Positions 56,519 to 64,000 of a DNA stretch of 64,000 nucleotides are shown here, piece by piece. The stretch is taken from the NCBI GenBank assembly GCA_963775955.1, contig CAVZKT010000002.1:228944-292943 (forward strand), read 5' to 3'. Each line of letters opens with the position of its first letter. Positions within the stretch are counted from its first letter, which is position 1. A program made the translations under genes and the position numbers. The DNA is from Candidatus Moraniibacteriota bacterium (GTDB lineage Bacteria; Patescibacteriota; Minisyncoccia; Moranbacterales; UBA2206). The notes below the pieces were generated by a model. It had not been told where the DNA came from. It saw only the letters and a program-made list of their open reading frames with translations, and ran no database searches.

Positions 56519-57391
56519 ATGAAGATTACCCTGTCCAAATACGCCGGGTTTTGCGAAGGAGTAAAACGGGCGTATGAAACCATAATTTCAGCAGTGGAAG
56601 ACCCGAAAGTGAAAAAGCCCATTTATGTGCTGGGCTCTTTAGTGCACAACGCCGACGTGGTAAAAAGCCTTGAAGATCTGGGCGTGAGAAAAATCAAAAT
56701 GGACCGGAATTTATTCAAAAACCTGCGGAATATTAAAAAAAATATCGGCACGCTGGTGATCACCGCGCATGGAATGGGGCCGAGCATTTATGAATTTTGC
56801 AAGAGGGAAAAAATAGACCTCATTGACACAACCTGCCCGCGAGTCGTAAAAGTGCAAAGACTGGCCAAAAATTTTTCCGATAAGCTCCACAAGCTTATCA
56901 TCATTGGGGACAAGCATCACAAAGAAACTCAGGGCATCAGCGAATGGTCGGGCAATACCGCGCGCGTGGTGGAAAAAATCGGAGATTTGAAAAAAATGAA
57001 ATTGCCTTCGGCTAAAAAAATAACCGTTCTTTTTCAGACAACTCAAAATCTTGATTTTGCCGAAATCATCAGCGCTTTTATGGGAAATTTTTGTCCCAAC
57101 GCCAAAATTATGAATACTATTTGCCTGGCCACGCATCACCGCCAGAATGAAGTGAAAAAAATCGCGAAGGTAAATGAGGCGGTGGTGGTCATCGGGTCTC
57201 CTGATTCCGCCAATTCCCGGCGCCTGTGGGAAATCGCCAAAAAAATAAATCCGCAATCCTATTTTGTGGAAAACTTCCGGCAAATTGAAAAAGAGTGGCT
57301 TGAGAATATCAACCGGATCGGCATTGCCGCCGGAGCTTCAACTCCGGAATGGGTGATAAGCGATGTCGTGGCATATCTCAAAAATTTTTAA
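56519..57391 (+). CDS. ispH: 4-hydroxy-3-methylbut-2-enyl diphosphate reductase
   Basis: GFCEGVKRA, ITAHG, DTTCP and GSPDSANS blocks with three Cys ligands. Confidence 0.9.
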   Translation: MKITLSKYAGFCEGVKRAYETIISAVEDPKVKKPIYVLGSLVHNADVVKSLEDLGVRKIKMDRNLFKNLRNIKKNIGTLVITAHGMGPSIYEFCKREKIDLIDTTCPRVVKVQRLAKNFSDKLHKLIIIGDKHHKETQGISEWSGNTARVVEKIGDLKKMKLPSAKKITVLFQTTQNLDFAEIISAFMGNFCPNAKIMNTICLATHHRQNEVKKIAKVNEAVVVIGSPDSANSRRLWEIAKKINPQSYFVENFRQIEKEWLENINRIGIAAGASTPEWVISDVVAYLKNF

Positions 57392-57487
57392 TTTAAAATT
57401 TAAAATTAGAGAGCCCATTATTGCCTTTCTTATTTTGTTAAGCTATAATATAACTATAAAATCAACTTCATAATTAATTGCAAAAAT

Positions 57488-58282
57488 ATGCCTGGCATTA
57501 TTATCGTTGAAGATGATCCGATGATTTCGGAGATATACCAGAAGAAATTTACTGACAGCGGATTCCAGGTTTTTTTGGCGACTTCTGGAGAACAGACTTT
57601 GACTATTGCTAAAAAAGAAAAAATTGACTTGGTTCTTTTGGACTTAATTATGCCGAAAATGAACGGTTTTGAGGTGCTGGAAAATTTGCGCGGCGGCGGA
57701 TATGATCCGGATATAAAAGTAATCGTTTTCAGCAATTTAAGCTCAAATGAGGATCGTGAAAAAGCTGCAAAATTAGGAGCCAACGGTTTTATCGCCAAAT
57801 CCGAATTTTCTCCGAGCGACTTGGTAAAAGAAGTGAGGAGGCTGATGGGCCAATATCAGGAGCAGGAAAAAAATAATTCGCGTGCTATGAACGGCGAAAC
57901 GGCGCCTTCCGGTTCGGCCAAAAAAATCCTGATGATTGAAGATGAAGATATTTTTGTTGAGATGTTTGGGGAAAAGCTGAAACAGGAGGGTTATGCGGTT
58001 TCCTTCGCGCGCAATGGCGCTTGGGGCATGAAAGACGCGCTCAGTGGCAAATTTGATCTTTTTATTATTGATATGGTGATGCCGGCCATGAGCGGAGAGG
58101 AAATGGTAGCCAGGCTCAAAATGGAGGACAATACTAAAAATATTCCAATTATTGTTTTATCGGCTTCCGTGGAAGACGAAACGGCCAAGCGCGTTGAGGA
58201 AATGGGAATAAACGCCTTTTTTGTAAAAACTCAAGTTACCCCCAGCGAACTGGCCAAGAAGGTGGAAGAATTATTAAAATAG
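57488..58282 (+). CDS. Response regulator with two receiver domains and no output domain
   Basis: REC1: IIIVEDD...LVLLDLIMPKMNG...SNLS. REC2: ILMIEDE...LFIIDMVMPAMSG...LSAS. Confidence 0.8.
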   Translation: MPGIIIVEDDPMISEIYQKKFTDSGFQVFLATSGEQTLTIAKKEKIDLVLLDLIMPKMNGFEVLENLRGGGYDPDIKVIVFSNLSSNEDREKAAKLGANGFIAKSEFSPSDLVKEVRRLMGQYQEQEKNNSRAMNGETAPSGSAKKILMIEDEDIFVEMFGEKLKQEGYAVSFARNGAWGMKDALSGKFDLFIIDMVMPAMSGEEMVARLKMEDNTKNIPIIVLSASVEDETAKRVEEMGINAFFVKTQVTPSELAKKVEELLK

Positions 58283-58320
58283 TGGCTAGTAATCAGTAAC
58301 TGGCAGCTAGCAGTTTATTT

Positions 58321-59640
58321 ATGAACAGAAGTTTAATTAATGAAACTCCAAATTTAATCGGCCAAATTGTAAAACTGGCTGGCTGGGTAAATGTGCGCCG
58401 CGACCATGGCAAGCTTATTTTTATTGATCTGCGCGACCGCAGCGGCACGGTGCAGATGGTTGTCATTCCCGATAAGGAAGAAGCGTCCAAAATCGCCAAA
58501 GATATCCGCAGCGAATATGTCATTGAAGCGGAAGGCCTGGTTAAACAGCGCCCGGGCGGGGCGAAAAATGAAAAACTTCCCACTGGCGGAGTGGAGATTG
58601 AGGTGGAAAAGATCAATGTTTTAGCCAAACCGAAAGGCGAATTGCCGGTGGATATTTCCGAAGATGATTTCAATCTTCATCTGGACACGCTTCTGGATAA
58701 TCGGGTTTTAACGCTTCGCAATGATAAGGTCAAGGCTATTTTTAAAGTTTATTCGGAAATTTTGAAAGCTTACGCTGATTTTATGAAAAGGGAAGGTTTT
58801 GTGGAAATTAAGACGCCGAAAATTTTAAGTTCGGCGACGGAGGGCGGGGCTAATTTTTTTAAAATAAAATATTTTGAACGGGAGGCCTACTTGGCGCAAA
58901 GCCCGCAATTTTATAAGCAAGCGGGCGTGGGAATTTTTGAAAGAGTTTTTGAAGTCGGCTCAGTTTTTCGAGCCGAGCCGCACTATACAACGCGCCATGT
59001 AAATGAATACATAGGCCTGGATGCGGAAATGGGCTTTATTGAAACTTTTGAGGATGTAATGGTAGAACTGGAAAAAGTGATGGCGTATATTATGGAGGAA
59101 ATTTCCCAAAATTGCGCCGGGGAACTGGAAAAATATGCGGCCGAAATACTTCCAATGGCAGCCATTCCGCGCTTGAAACTTACCGAAGCGCTGGATATTT
59201 TAGACAAGGAATTTGGCAAAAAAATGGAAACAGTTGATATTGACGCGGAAGGAGAAAGAATGATCGGGGAGTGGGCGCGAAAAAATCATAATAGCGATTT
59301 TATTTTTCTCACGCACTATCCCGCCAACATCCGCCCGTTTTATTCCATGCCGAGCGTTGATCCGGAGTATACGGAAACTTTTGACCTGCTTTATCGCGGG
59401 ATGGAAATTGCGAGCGGCGGCCAGCGAATTCACGGTTACAAACAGCTGGAAGCCAATATAAAAAAACATAAGTTAAAACCGGAAGACTTTGAACATTACT
59501 TGGATATTTTCAAATATGGCATGCCGCCTCATGGGGGCTGGGGACTGGGGTCGGAAAGAATTGTGCAAAAAATACTCGGCCTTAAAAGCATCAAGGAAGC
59601 CATACTTTTCCCGCGGGATGTTAAAAGATTGACGCCATAG
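58321..59640 (+). CDS. aspS: Aspartate--tRNA ligase (short, archaeal/non-discriminating-like type)
   Basis: OB-fold (GWVNVRRDHGKLIFIDLRD), motif 2 (FRAEPHYTTRHVNEY) and motif 3 (GGWGLGSERI). 439 aa with no GAD insertion. Confidence 0.9.
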   Translation: MNRSLINETPNLIGQIVKLAGWVNVRRDHGKLIFIDLRDRSGTVQMVVIPDKEEASKIAKDIRSEYVIEAEGLVKQRPGGAKNEKLPTGGVEIEVEKINVLAKPKGELPVDISEDDFNLHLDTLLDNRVLTLRNDKVKAIFKVYSEILKAYADFMKREGFVEIKTPKILSSATEGGANFFKIKYFEREAYLAQSPQFYKQAGVGIFERVFEVGSVFRAEPHYTTRHVNEYIGLDAEMGFIETFEDVMVELEKVMAYIMEEISQNCAGELEKYAAEILPMAAIPRLKLTEALDILDKEFGKKMETVDIDAEGERMIGEWARKNHNSDFIFLTHYPANIRPFYSMPSVDPEYTETFDLLYRGMEIASGGQRIHGYKQLEANIKKHKLKPEDFEHYLDIFKYGMPPHGGWGLGSERIVQKILGLKSIKEAILFPRDVKRLTP

Positions 59641-59660
59641 CCCGCTTCGCGGGAATTTTC
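59641..59660 (+). terminator. Short terminator hairpin after aspS
   Basis: CCCGC-TTC-GCGGG followed by AATTTTC. Confidence 0.45.
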
Positions 59661-59702
59661 AATTTTCAATTTTCAATCAATGACCAATGACTAAATTTTC
59701 AA

Positions 59703-60917
59703 ATGATTTCAGTGGATAATTTTCACGATGAAAAATTAGACGCTGGGCGGATTCACCTAACCAGCTTTGTTTCTTTCTTGATGGGATTTTCGCAGGCGGT
59801 TTTGGTTTATGTAATATCTTCATATTTCAAGCTGGCGACCGGCACGGAAAATGTGGGAATTTTTTACGCCGTTTCCTATATTATTTTTTTGGTTGTTCTT
59901 TTGAATCTGCACAAAGTAATGCGGGCATTGGGCAAGGCCAATGTTTTTTATTTTGCCCTGCTGGCGAAAATTATCGCCATTGTTTTTTTGATTTTTTCAG
60001 ATCCTTCCGCTGTTGGGATTTTACTTCTGATGCTGTATATAATTCTGGGGCACATTGAATGGGTGGCGCTGGACGTGATTATTGAAAGTTTTTCAGTAGA
60101 CCGCATGTCGGGCCGGATCCGCGGTTTGCACTTAACCATACTTAACGCCGGATTTTTATTCGGTCCCTTTGTTTCCACTTATATTTTGGGCAAAATCGGC
60201 TTTCAGGGAATTTTTGTTTTCTCCTTGATTTTTAACGCTTTTGTTTTTATTTTCGCGCTTTTGAGTTTCCGCAAAGTCAATCATCGTTTTGAGCAGAAAT
60301 TGAAAATTATTGATGTCCTTAAAAAAGTCGCAGGCCGGAAAAACGTAATGCGCATTTATTATATTTCTTTTGTTTTGGAATTTTTTTACGCGCTGATGCT
60401 CATCTACACGCCTTTATATTTGCGCGACCTGGGATACTCGTGGGAAAGTATCGGCATCATGTTTACGATTATGCTTATTCCGTTTGTTGTCTTACAATAT
60501 CCAACTGGAATTTTAGCGGACAAAAAAACCGGAGAAAAAGAGCTGCTTATCCTTTCGCTTTTTATTATGGCGCTGGCGACCGGCGCAATTTATTTTGTCG
60601 GCGCGGGCAGCGTGGTTATTTGGGCGGCGATTTTATTCGCAACCAGGATCGGAGCGGCGCTGATTGAAATTTTGCGCGATTCCTATTTTTTCAAAAGAAT
60701 TGATGGGTATGATGTTGATCTAATTGACTTTTTCAGGACTACTTTGCCAGTCGCTTATATCGTGGCGGCGACACTTTCCTCATTCATCCTCTTTCTTTTT
60801 CCGACAAAATATATTTTTATCCTGACAGCCGCGGTTGTTTTATCCGCCCTTTATCCGGCCATTAGGCTTAAAGACAGCCAATGTGAAGCGGAAGTTTTAG
60901 CTCAAGCCAAGCCTTAA
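59703..60917 (+). CDS. MFS transporter
   Basis: About 12 TM helices in two halves. DRMSGRIRG-like loop between TM2 and TM3. Confidence 0.75.
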   Translation: MISVDNFHDEKLDAGRIHLTSFVSFLMGFSQAVLVYVISSYFKLATGTENVGIFYAVSYIIFLVVLLNLHKVMRALGKANVFYFALLAKIIAIVFLIFSDPSAVGILLLMLYIILGHIEWVALDVIIESFSVDRMSGRIRGLHLTILNAGFLFGPFVSTYILGKIGFQGIFVFSLIFNAFVFIFALLSFRKVNHRFEQKLKIIDVLKKVAGRKNVMRIYYISFVLEFFYALMLIYTPLYLRDLGYSWESIGIMFTIMLIPFVVLQYPTGILADKKTGEKELLILSLFIMALATGAIYFVGAGSVVIWAAILFATRIGAALIEILRDSYFFKRIDGYDVDLIDFFRTTLPVAYIVAATLSSFILFLFPTKYIFILTAAVVLSALYPAIRLKDSQCEAEVLAQAKP

Positions 60918-61055
60918 AATGGCTTATTTAAGCCTCTTACAAAGTCGGAGGAATGTAGAGATGCCTGCGAAGAGGGCGCTTTTTTTGATTTTTTTTGCAT
61001 TTGAAAAGAAGGCGTGAGTGTGCTATGATATTAGAGTAAAAATTAAATTAACAAA

Positions 61056-61601
61056 ATGGCAATATCTAAAAAAATTATCAAATATCTGGAGAACAACAAG
61101 TATAAATACGAAATTGTGGAGCATAAAACCACCTATACCGCCTGGGACACGGCGCAGACGGAAAAAATCAAGCCGCAGGAGGTGGCGAAGGCTTTAGTTA
61201 TGAAAGCTGACGGCGATTATGTTTTGGCGCTGGTGCCTGCCAACCGGAATCTGGACAAGCAAAAATTGCTGAAAGTAATAAATTCTGCCAGGAAGAAAAC
61301 TATTCACCCTGTGGAATACCGCGGAGCGGTATCCCGCCAGGGCGGGATATTCCACAGGGCAAGAAAAATTGATTTTGCCAAAGAGGCCTGGATGAAAAAA
61401 AGTCTGCCTGGCAAAGTCGGCGCCACTCCGCCATTCGCTAAAATTTTAAAAATAGATATTTTTATTGATTCCCTGCTGGCCAAAAACAAAAAAATATATT
61501 TAGGATCGGGGGAATACACAAACTCTGTTAGAGTAAGTACCGGACAATATTTAAAGATAGAAGATCCAGTCAAGGGCAGTTTTAGCAAAAAGAAAAATTA
61601 G
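61056..61601 (+). CDS. YbaK/ProX-type aminoacyl-tRNA deacylase-like protein with an internal insertion
   Basis: VKALVMKADGDYVLALVPANRNLD and GATPPF...IFIDSLL...IYLGSG resemble YbaK/EbsC blocks. Confidence 0.6.
   Translation: MAISKKIIKYLENNKYKYEIVEHKTTYTAWDTAQTEKIKPQEVAKALVMKADGDYVLALVPANRNLDKQKLLKVINSARKKTIHPVEYRGAVSRQGGIFHRARKIDFAKEAWMKKSLPGKVGATPPFAKILKIDIFIDSLLAKNKKIYLGSGEYTNSVRVSTGQYLKIEDPVKGSFSKKKN
61307..61359. repeat. 53-nt GC-rich nested palindrome inside the ybaK-like ORF
   Basis: Outer arms CCCTGTGGAATA / TATTCCACAGGG. Inner hairpins TACCGC-GGA-GCGGTA and TCCCGCC-AG-GGCGGGA. Confidence 0.8.
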
Positions 61602-61602
61602 C

Positions 61603-62334
61603 ATGTATCAATGCAAATTGGAAAAATTTGAGGGCCCGATGGATTTGCTTTTGTCGCTGATTGAAGAAGAAAAGTTGGATATTGCCGAAATCAGCCTGGC
61701 GCGCGTGGCCGATCAATATCTGGGATATATTAAAAACAACGAAAAAATAAAGCTGGAAAACCTGGCAGACTTTTTAGCGGTGGCTTCCAGGCTTATCCTC
61801 ATCAAATCCCGGGCGCTTTTGCCGACGTTGAAACTTTCCGGCGAAGAGGAAGAGGAAATCAAAGATCTGGAGCAGCAGCTTTTGGAATACAAAAAATTCA
61901 AAGAGGCTTCCCTGGCGCTGGGAAAGATGTCGCAGATGGGAAGAATCTGCTATTCCAGGGAGGGCTTCAGCGGCGTGCGGGCGATATTTTATCCGCCGGA
62001 GGACATCGGAATTTTTGATCTCAAAAAACATTTTCTGGCGGTGCTCGCGGAAATTCCGATAATTGAAAAACTAAGCGAGGAAATCGTGGGCGAGGTAGTG
62101 ACTTTGGAAGAAAAAATAAACGATTTGCAAAATGTTTTGCGCCAAGGGATTGAGGCGACTTTTTCCGATATTACCGCCGGAGCTAAAGACAGAATTGAAA
62201 TTATAATTTCATTTTTGGCAATGCTGGAGATGGTGAAGCAAAGGATAATTAACGTAGAACAGGGAGACTTGTTTAGAGAAATAAAATTAAGCGTAAAAAA
62301 AGTTAACGCCCCGCAATGGAACAAAATAAATTAA
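61603..62334 (+). CDS. scpA: Segregation and condensation protein A
   Basis: FEGPMDLLLSLIEEEKLDIAEISLARVADQYL is the ScpA N-terminal signature. Confidence 0.9.
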   Translation: MYQCKLEKFEGPMDLLLSLIEEEKLDIAEISLARVADQYLGYIKNNEKIKLENLADFLAVASRLILIKSRALLPTLKLSGEEEEEIKDLEQQLLEYKKFKEASLALGKMSQMGRICYSREGFSGVRAIFYPPEDIGIFDLKKHFLAVLAEIPIIEKLSEEIVGEVVTLEEKINDLQNVLRQGIEATFSDITAGAKDRIEIIISFLAMLEMVKQRIINVEQGDLFREIKLSVKKVNAPQWNKIN

Positions 62335-62816
62335 AATCGGCGATTGAAAGCATACTCTTAATAAGCGGAGATCCGGTTAAAGTTTCCCGCATTGCCAAAA
62401 TTACCGGCGCGCCCAAGCCGGAAGTGGAAAACGCCGTCAGGATTCTTTCTGGAGAATATTCGTCTGGACAGCGGGGGTTTGTTATAATCAAAAAAGAAGA
62501 CGAAATCCAACTGGCGACCAATCCGGAAAATGCCTCAATTGTTTCGGATCTGATTAAAAGTGAAATCCAGGAAAATTTAAGCAGAGCGTCTCTGGAGGTG
62601 CTTTCCATCGTTGCTTATCGCGGTCCGGTTACGCGCGCGGAAGTAGAAGCCATTCGGGGGGTTAATTGCAGTTTCACGCTGCGGGCGCTTCTGATGCGCG
62701 GGCTTCTGGAGCGGATGGACAATCCCAGAGACAACCGAAGCTATATTTATAAAATTTCTTTCGACTTTTTGAAAAAAATGGGCATTGGAGAGCGCGGACA
62801 AATTGCCGGATTATGA
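62316..62816 (+). CDS. scpB: Segregation and condensation protein B
   Basis: IESILLISGDPV, LEVLSIVAYRGPVTRAEVEAIRGV. Overlaps the scpA end. Confidence 0.9.
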   Translation: MEQNKLKSAIESILLISGDPVKVSRIAKITGAPKPEVENAVRILSGEYSSGQRGFVIIKKEDEIQLATNPENASIVSDLIKSEIQENLSRASLEVLSIVAYRGPVTRAEVEAIRGVNCSFTLRALLMRGLLERMDNPRDNRSYIYKISFDFLKKMGIGERGQIAGL

Positions 62817-62883
62817 GAAACTTTCAAAAGATGAGAGAATAGAAAGCATCATTAATTAATTTAAAATTTAAAATTCTTTTGTT

Positions 62884-63969
62884 ATGTTTGATATAATTTT
62901 AACTTTGATCCTCCTGCCGTTTATTCCCGCCTGGTCGTATGGAAGCATTCCCATCGCGGCGGGGGACATATTTACAGGCTCCAGCAAAACTATTTGCCTT
63001 GAGAGCGCGGAGTCTGATTGTAACAGCGAACCGCAGGCGCCGGGAGAACAGAAGCAAAACGAATCAACGGGAAATTTAGAGAGGCTGGAAAGCGGGGGAT
63101 TTAACGGCTATAATCTTTTTCCGATTGACAAGGCGCTGGCATCCGGCTTTGTGCCGGTGAAAAACACTAGCGCGCCGGACATCCATCTGTGGGCGGATTC
63201 GTCCGTTGCCATTGACGCGGAAAGCGGGACACTTCTGCATTACAACAACGGCCGCCGCCATATGCAAATCGCGTCGCTGACTAAAATGATGACGGCGGTG
63301 CTGGCGATGGAAAAAATAAACGATCTCAATGCCGAGGTTACGCTGGATAAAGAAACTCTCAATCGGGCGGGAACAATTGTCGGCTGTCCGACCAGCACTT
63401 TTTGCAACGGCTACACCATGGTTGGCGGAGAAAAAGTTCGCGCCATTGATCTTTTAAAAGCTATGCTGATGAACAGCGCCAACGACGCGGCGGCGGCTTT
63501 AGCCGTCCATATTTCCGGATCCGAAAAAGAATTTGTAAAGCTGATGAATGAAAAAGCCGAAGACCTGGGGCTCAAGGACACGCATTTTTGCACGGCTTCA
63601 GGGCTTGAAATCGACGGGCAGGAAGACCAATGCTATTCATCGGCCTATGATATCGCGCGCATCGCCGCTTACTCCCTGCAATACAAAAAAATCTGGGAGA
63701 TTATGGCGATTCCGGAAGGAAAATTTTATTCAACCGACGGGAAATACGAACATGATCTTAAAAATACAGACTTGCTGCTGGATAATGTGCCGAATTGCAT
63801 CGGCGGGAAAACCGGGTTTACTCCGCTGGCCGGAAAGTCCTTGCTTTTGGGGGCGCTGGACCCGGCGCGCAAGCACAAAGTAATCGCGGTGGTGCTTAAT
63901 GACGAATACCGCTGGGACGACATGAAAGCTTTGGTCAGCTGGGTTTTTAGTAATTATAAATGGCAATAG
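62884..63969 (+). CDS. D-alanyl-D-alanine carboxypeptidase (S11, PBP5/6-like)
   Basis: SLTKMMT (SxxK), NSANDAA (SxN) and GGKTGFT (KTG). Confidence 0.85.
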   Translation: MFDIILTLILLPFIPAWSYGSIPIAAGDIFTGSSKTICLESAESDCNSEPQAPGEQKQNESTGNLERLESGGFNGYNLFPIDKALASGFVPVKNTSAPDIHLWADSSVAIDAESGTLLHYNNGRRHMQIASLTKMMTAVLAMEKINDLNAEVTLDKETLNRAGTIVGCPTSTFCNGYTMVGGEKVRAIDLLKAMLMNSANDAAAALAVHISGSEKEFVKLMNEKAEDLGLKDTHFCTASGLEIDGQEDQCYSSAYDIARIAAYSLQYKKIWEIMAIPEGKFYSTDGKYEHDLKNTDLLLDNVPNCIGGKTGFTPLAGKSLLLGALDPARKHKVIAVVLNDEYRWDDMKALVSWVFSNYKWQ

Positions 63970-64000
63970 GTTTTTTGGAACTGTCCCGCAGCCAATTCCA

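Noticed and set aside
59657-59700. Short tandem AATTTTC x3 and CAATGAC x2 after aspS, and similar AAATTTTAAA runs at 53041, 57395 and 62850.
   Set aside because: These are low-complexity AT-rich intergenic sequence typical of this genome. They are too short and degenerate to be called functional repeats.

Overview
AT-rich bacterial chromosome segment with the hallmarks of a Candidate Phyla Radiation / Patescibacteria (Parcubacteria-like) genome. The clearest marker is a 16S rRNA gene (25767-28284) about 1 kb too long. It carries a 190-nt AT-rich expansion and an 872-nt insertion encoding a LAGLIDADG homing endonuclease, has a variant 515F site (GTGCCAGCAGTAGCGGTAATAC), and is followed by protein genes, with no 23S or tRNA genes downstream within this window.

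The core backbone is secF, tyrS, dnaJ (with a CIRCE operator), tRNA-Lys, frr, rseP, mreBCD-mrdA, greA, lysS, maf, serS, argS, proS, ispH, aspS, scpAB and a PBP5-type carboxypeptidase.

The region from about 28.5 to 53 kb looks accessory. My main candidates for something new are:
1. A promoter, then a 38-codon Cys-containing ORF missing from the ORF track, then a radical SAM/SPASM enzyme and a GNAT (45192-46946). This looks like a RiPP-type locus and sits directly downstream of a single-chain PheS-like aaRS paralogue.
2. A canonical T-box antiterminator/terminator leader on the minus strand (40236-40535). It controls a GCS2-type carboxylate-amine ligase plus a class II amidotransferase, not an aaRS.
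3. A three-gene cassette (SplB-like radical SAM, CYTH, Nudix) bracketed by 60-bp direct repeats that duplicate the 3' end of a histidine kinase gene.
4. GC-rich hairpin elements, two of which sit in frame inside proS and a ybaK-like gene.
5. A 24-bp complementary pair flanking the 16S (a likely processing stem), with a third copy bracketing a DUF5320-DUF134 cassette.

Caveat: about 18 single-base frame disruptions, mostly an extra base, hit 12 genes including essential ones. They cluster between about 14 and 45 kb. I read these as local assembly or consensus error, not decay, but this cannot be settled without reads. All family names are from motif recognition by eye; no searches were run.
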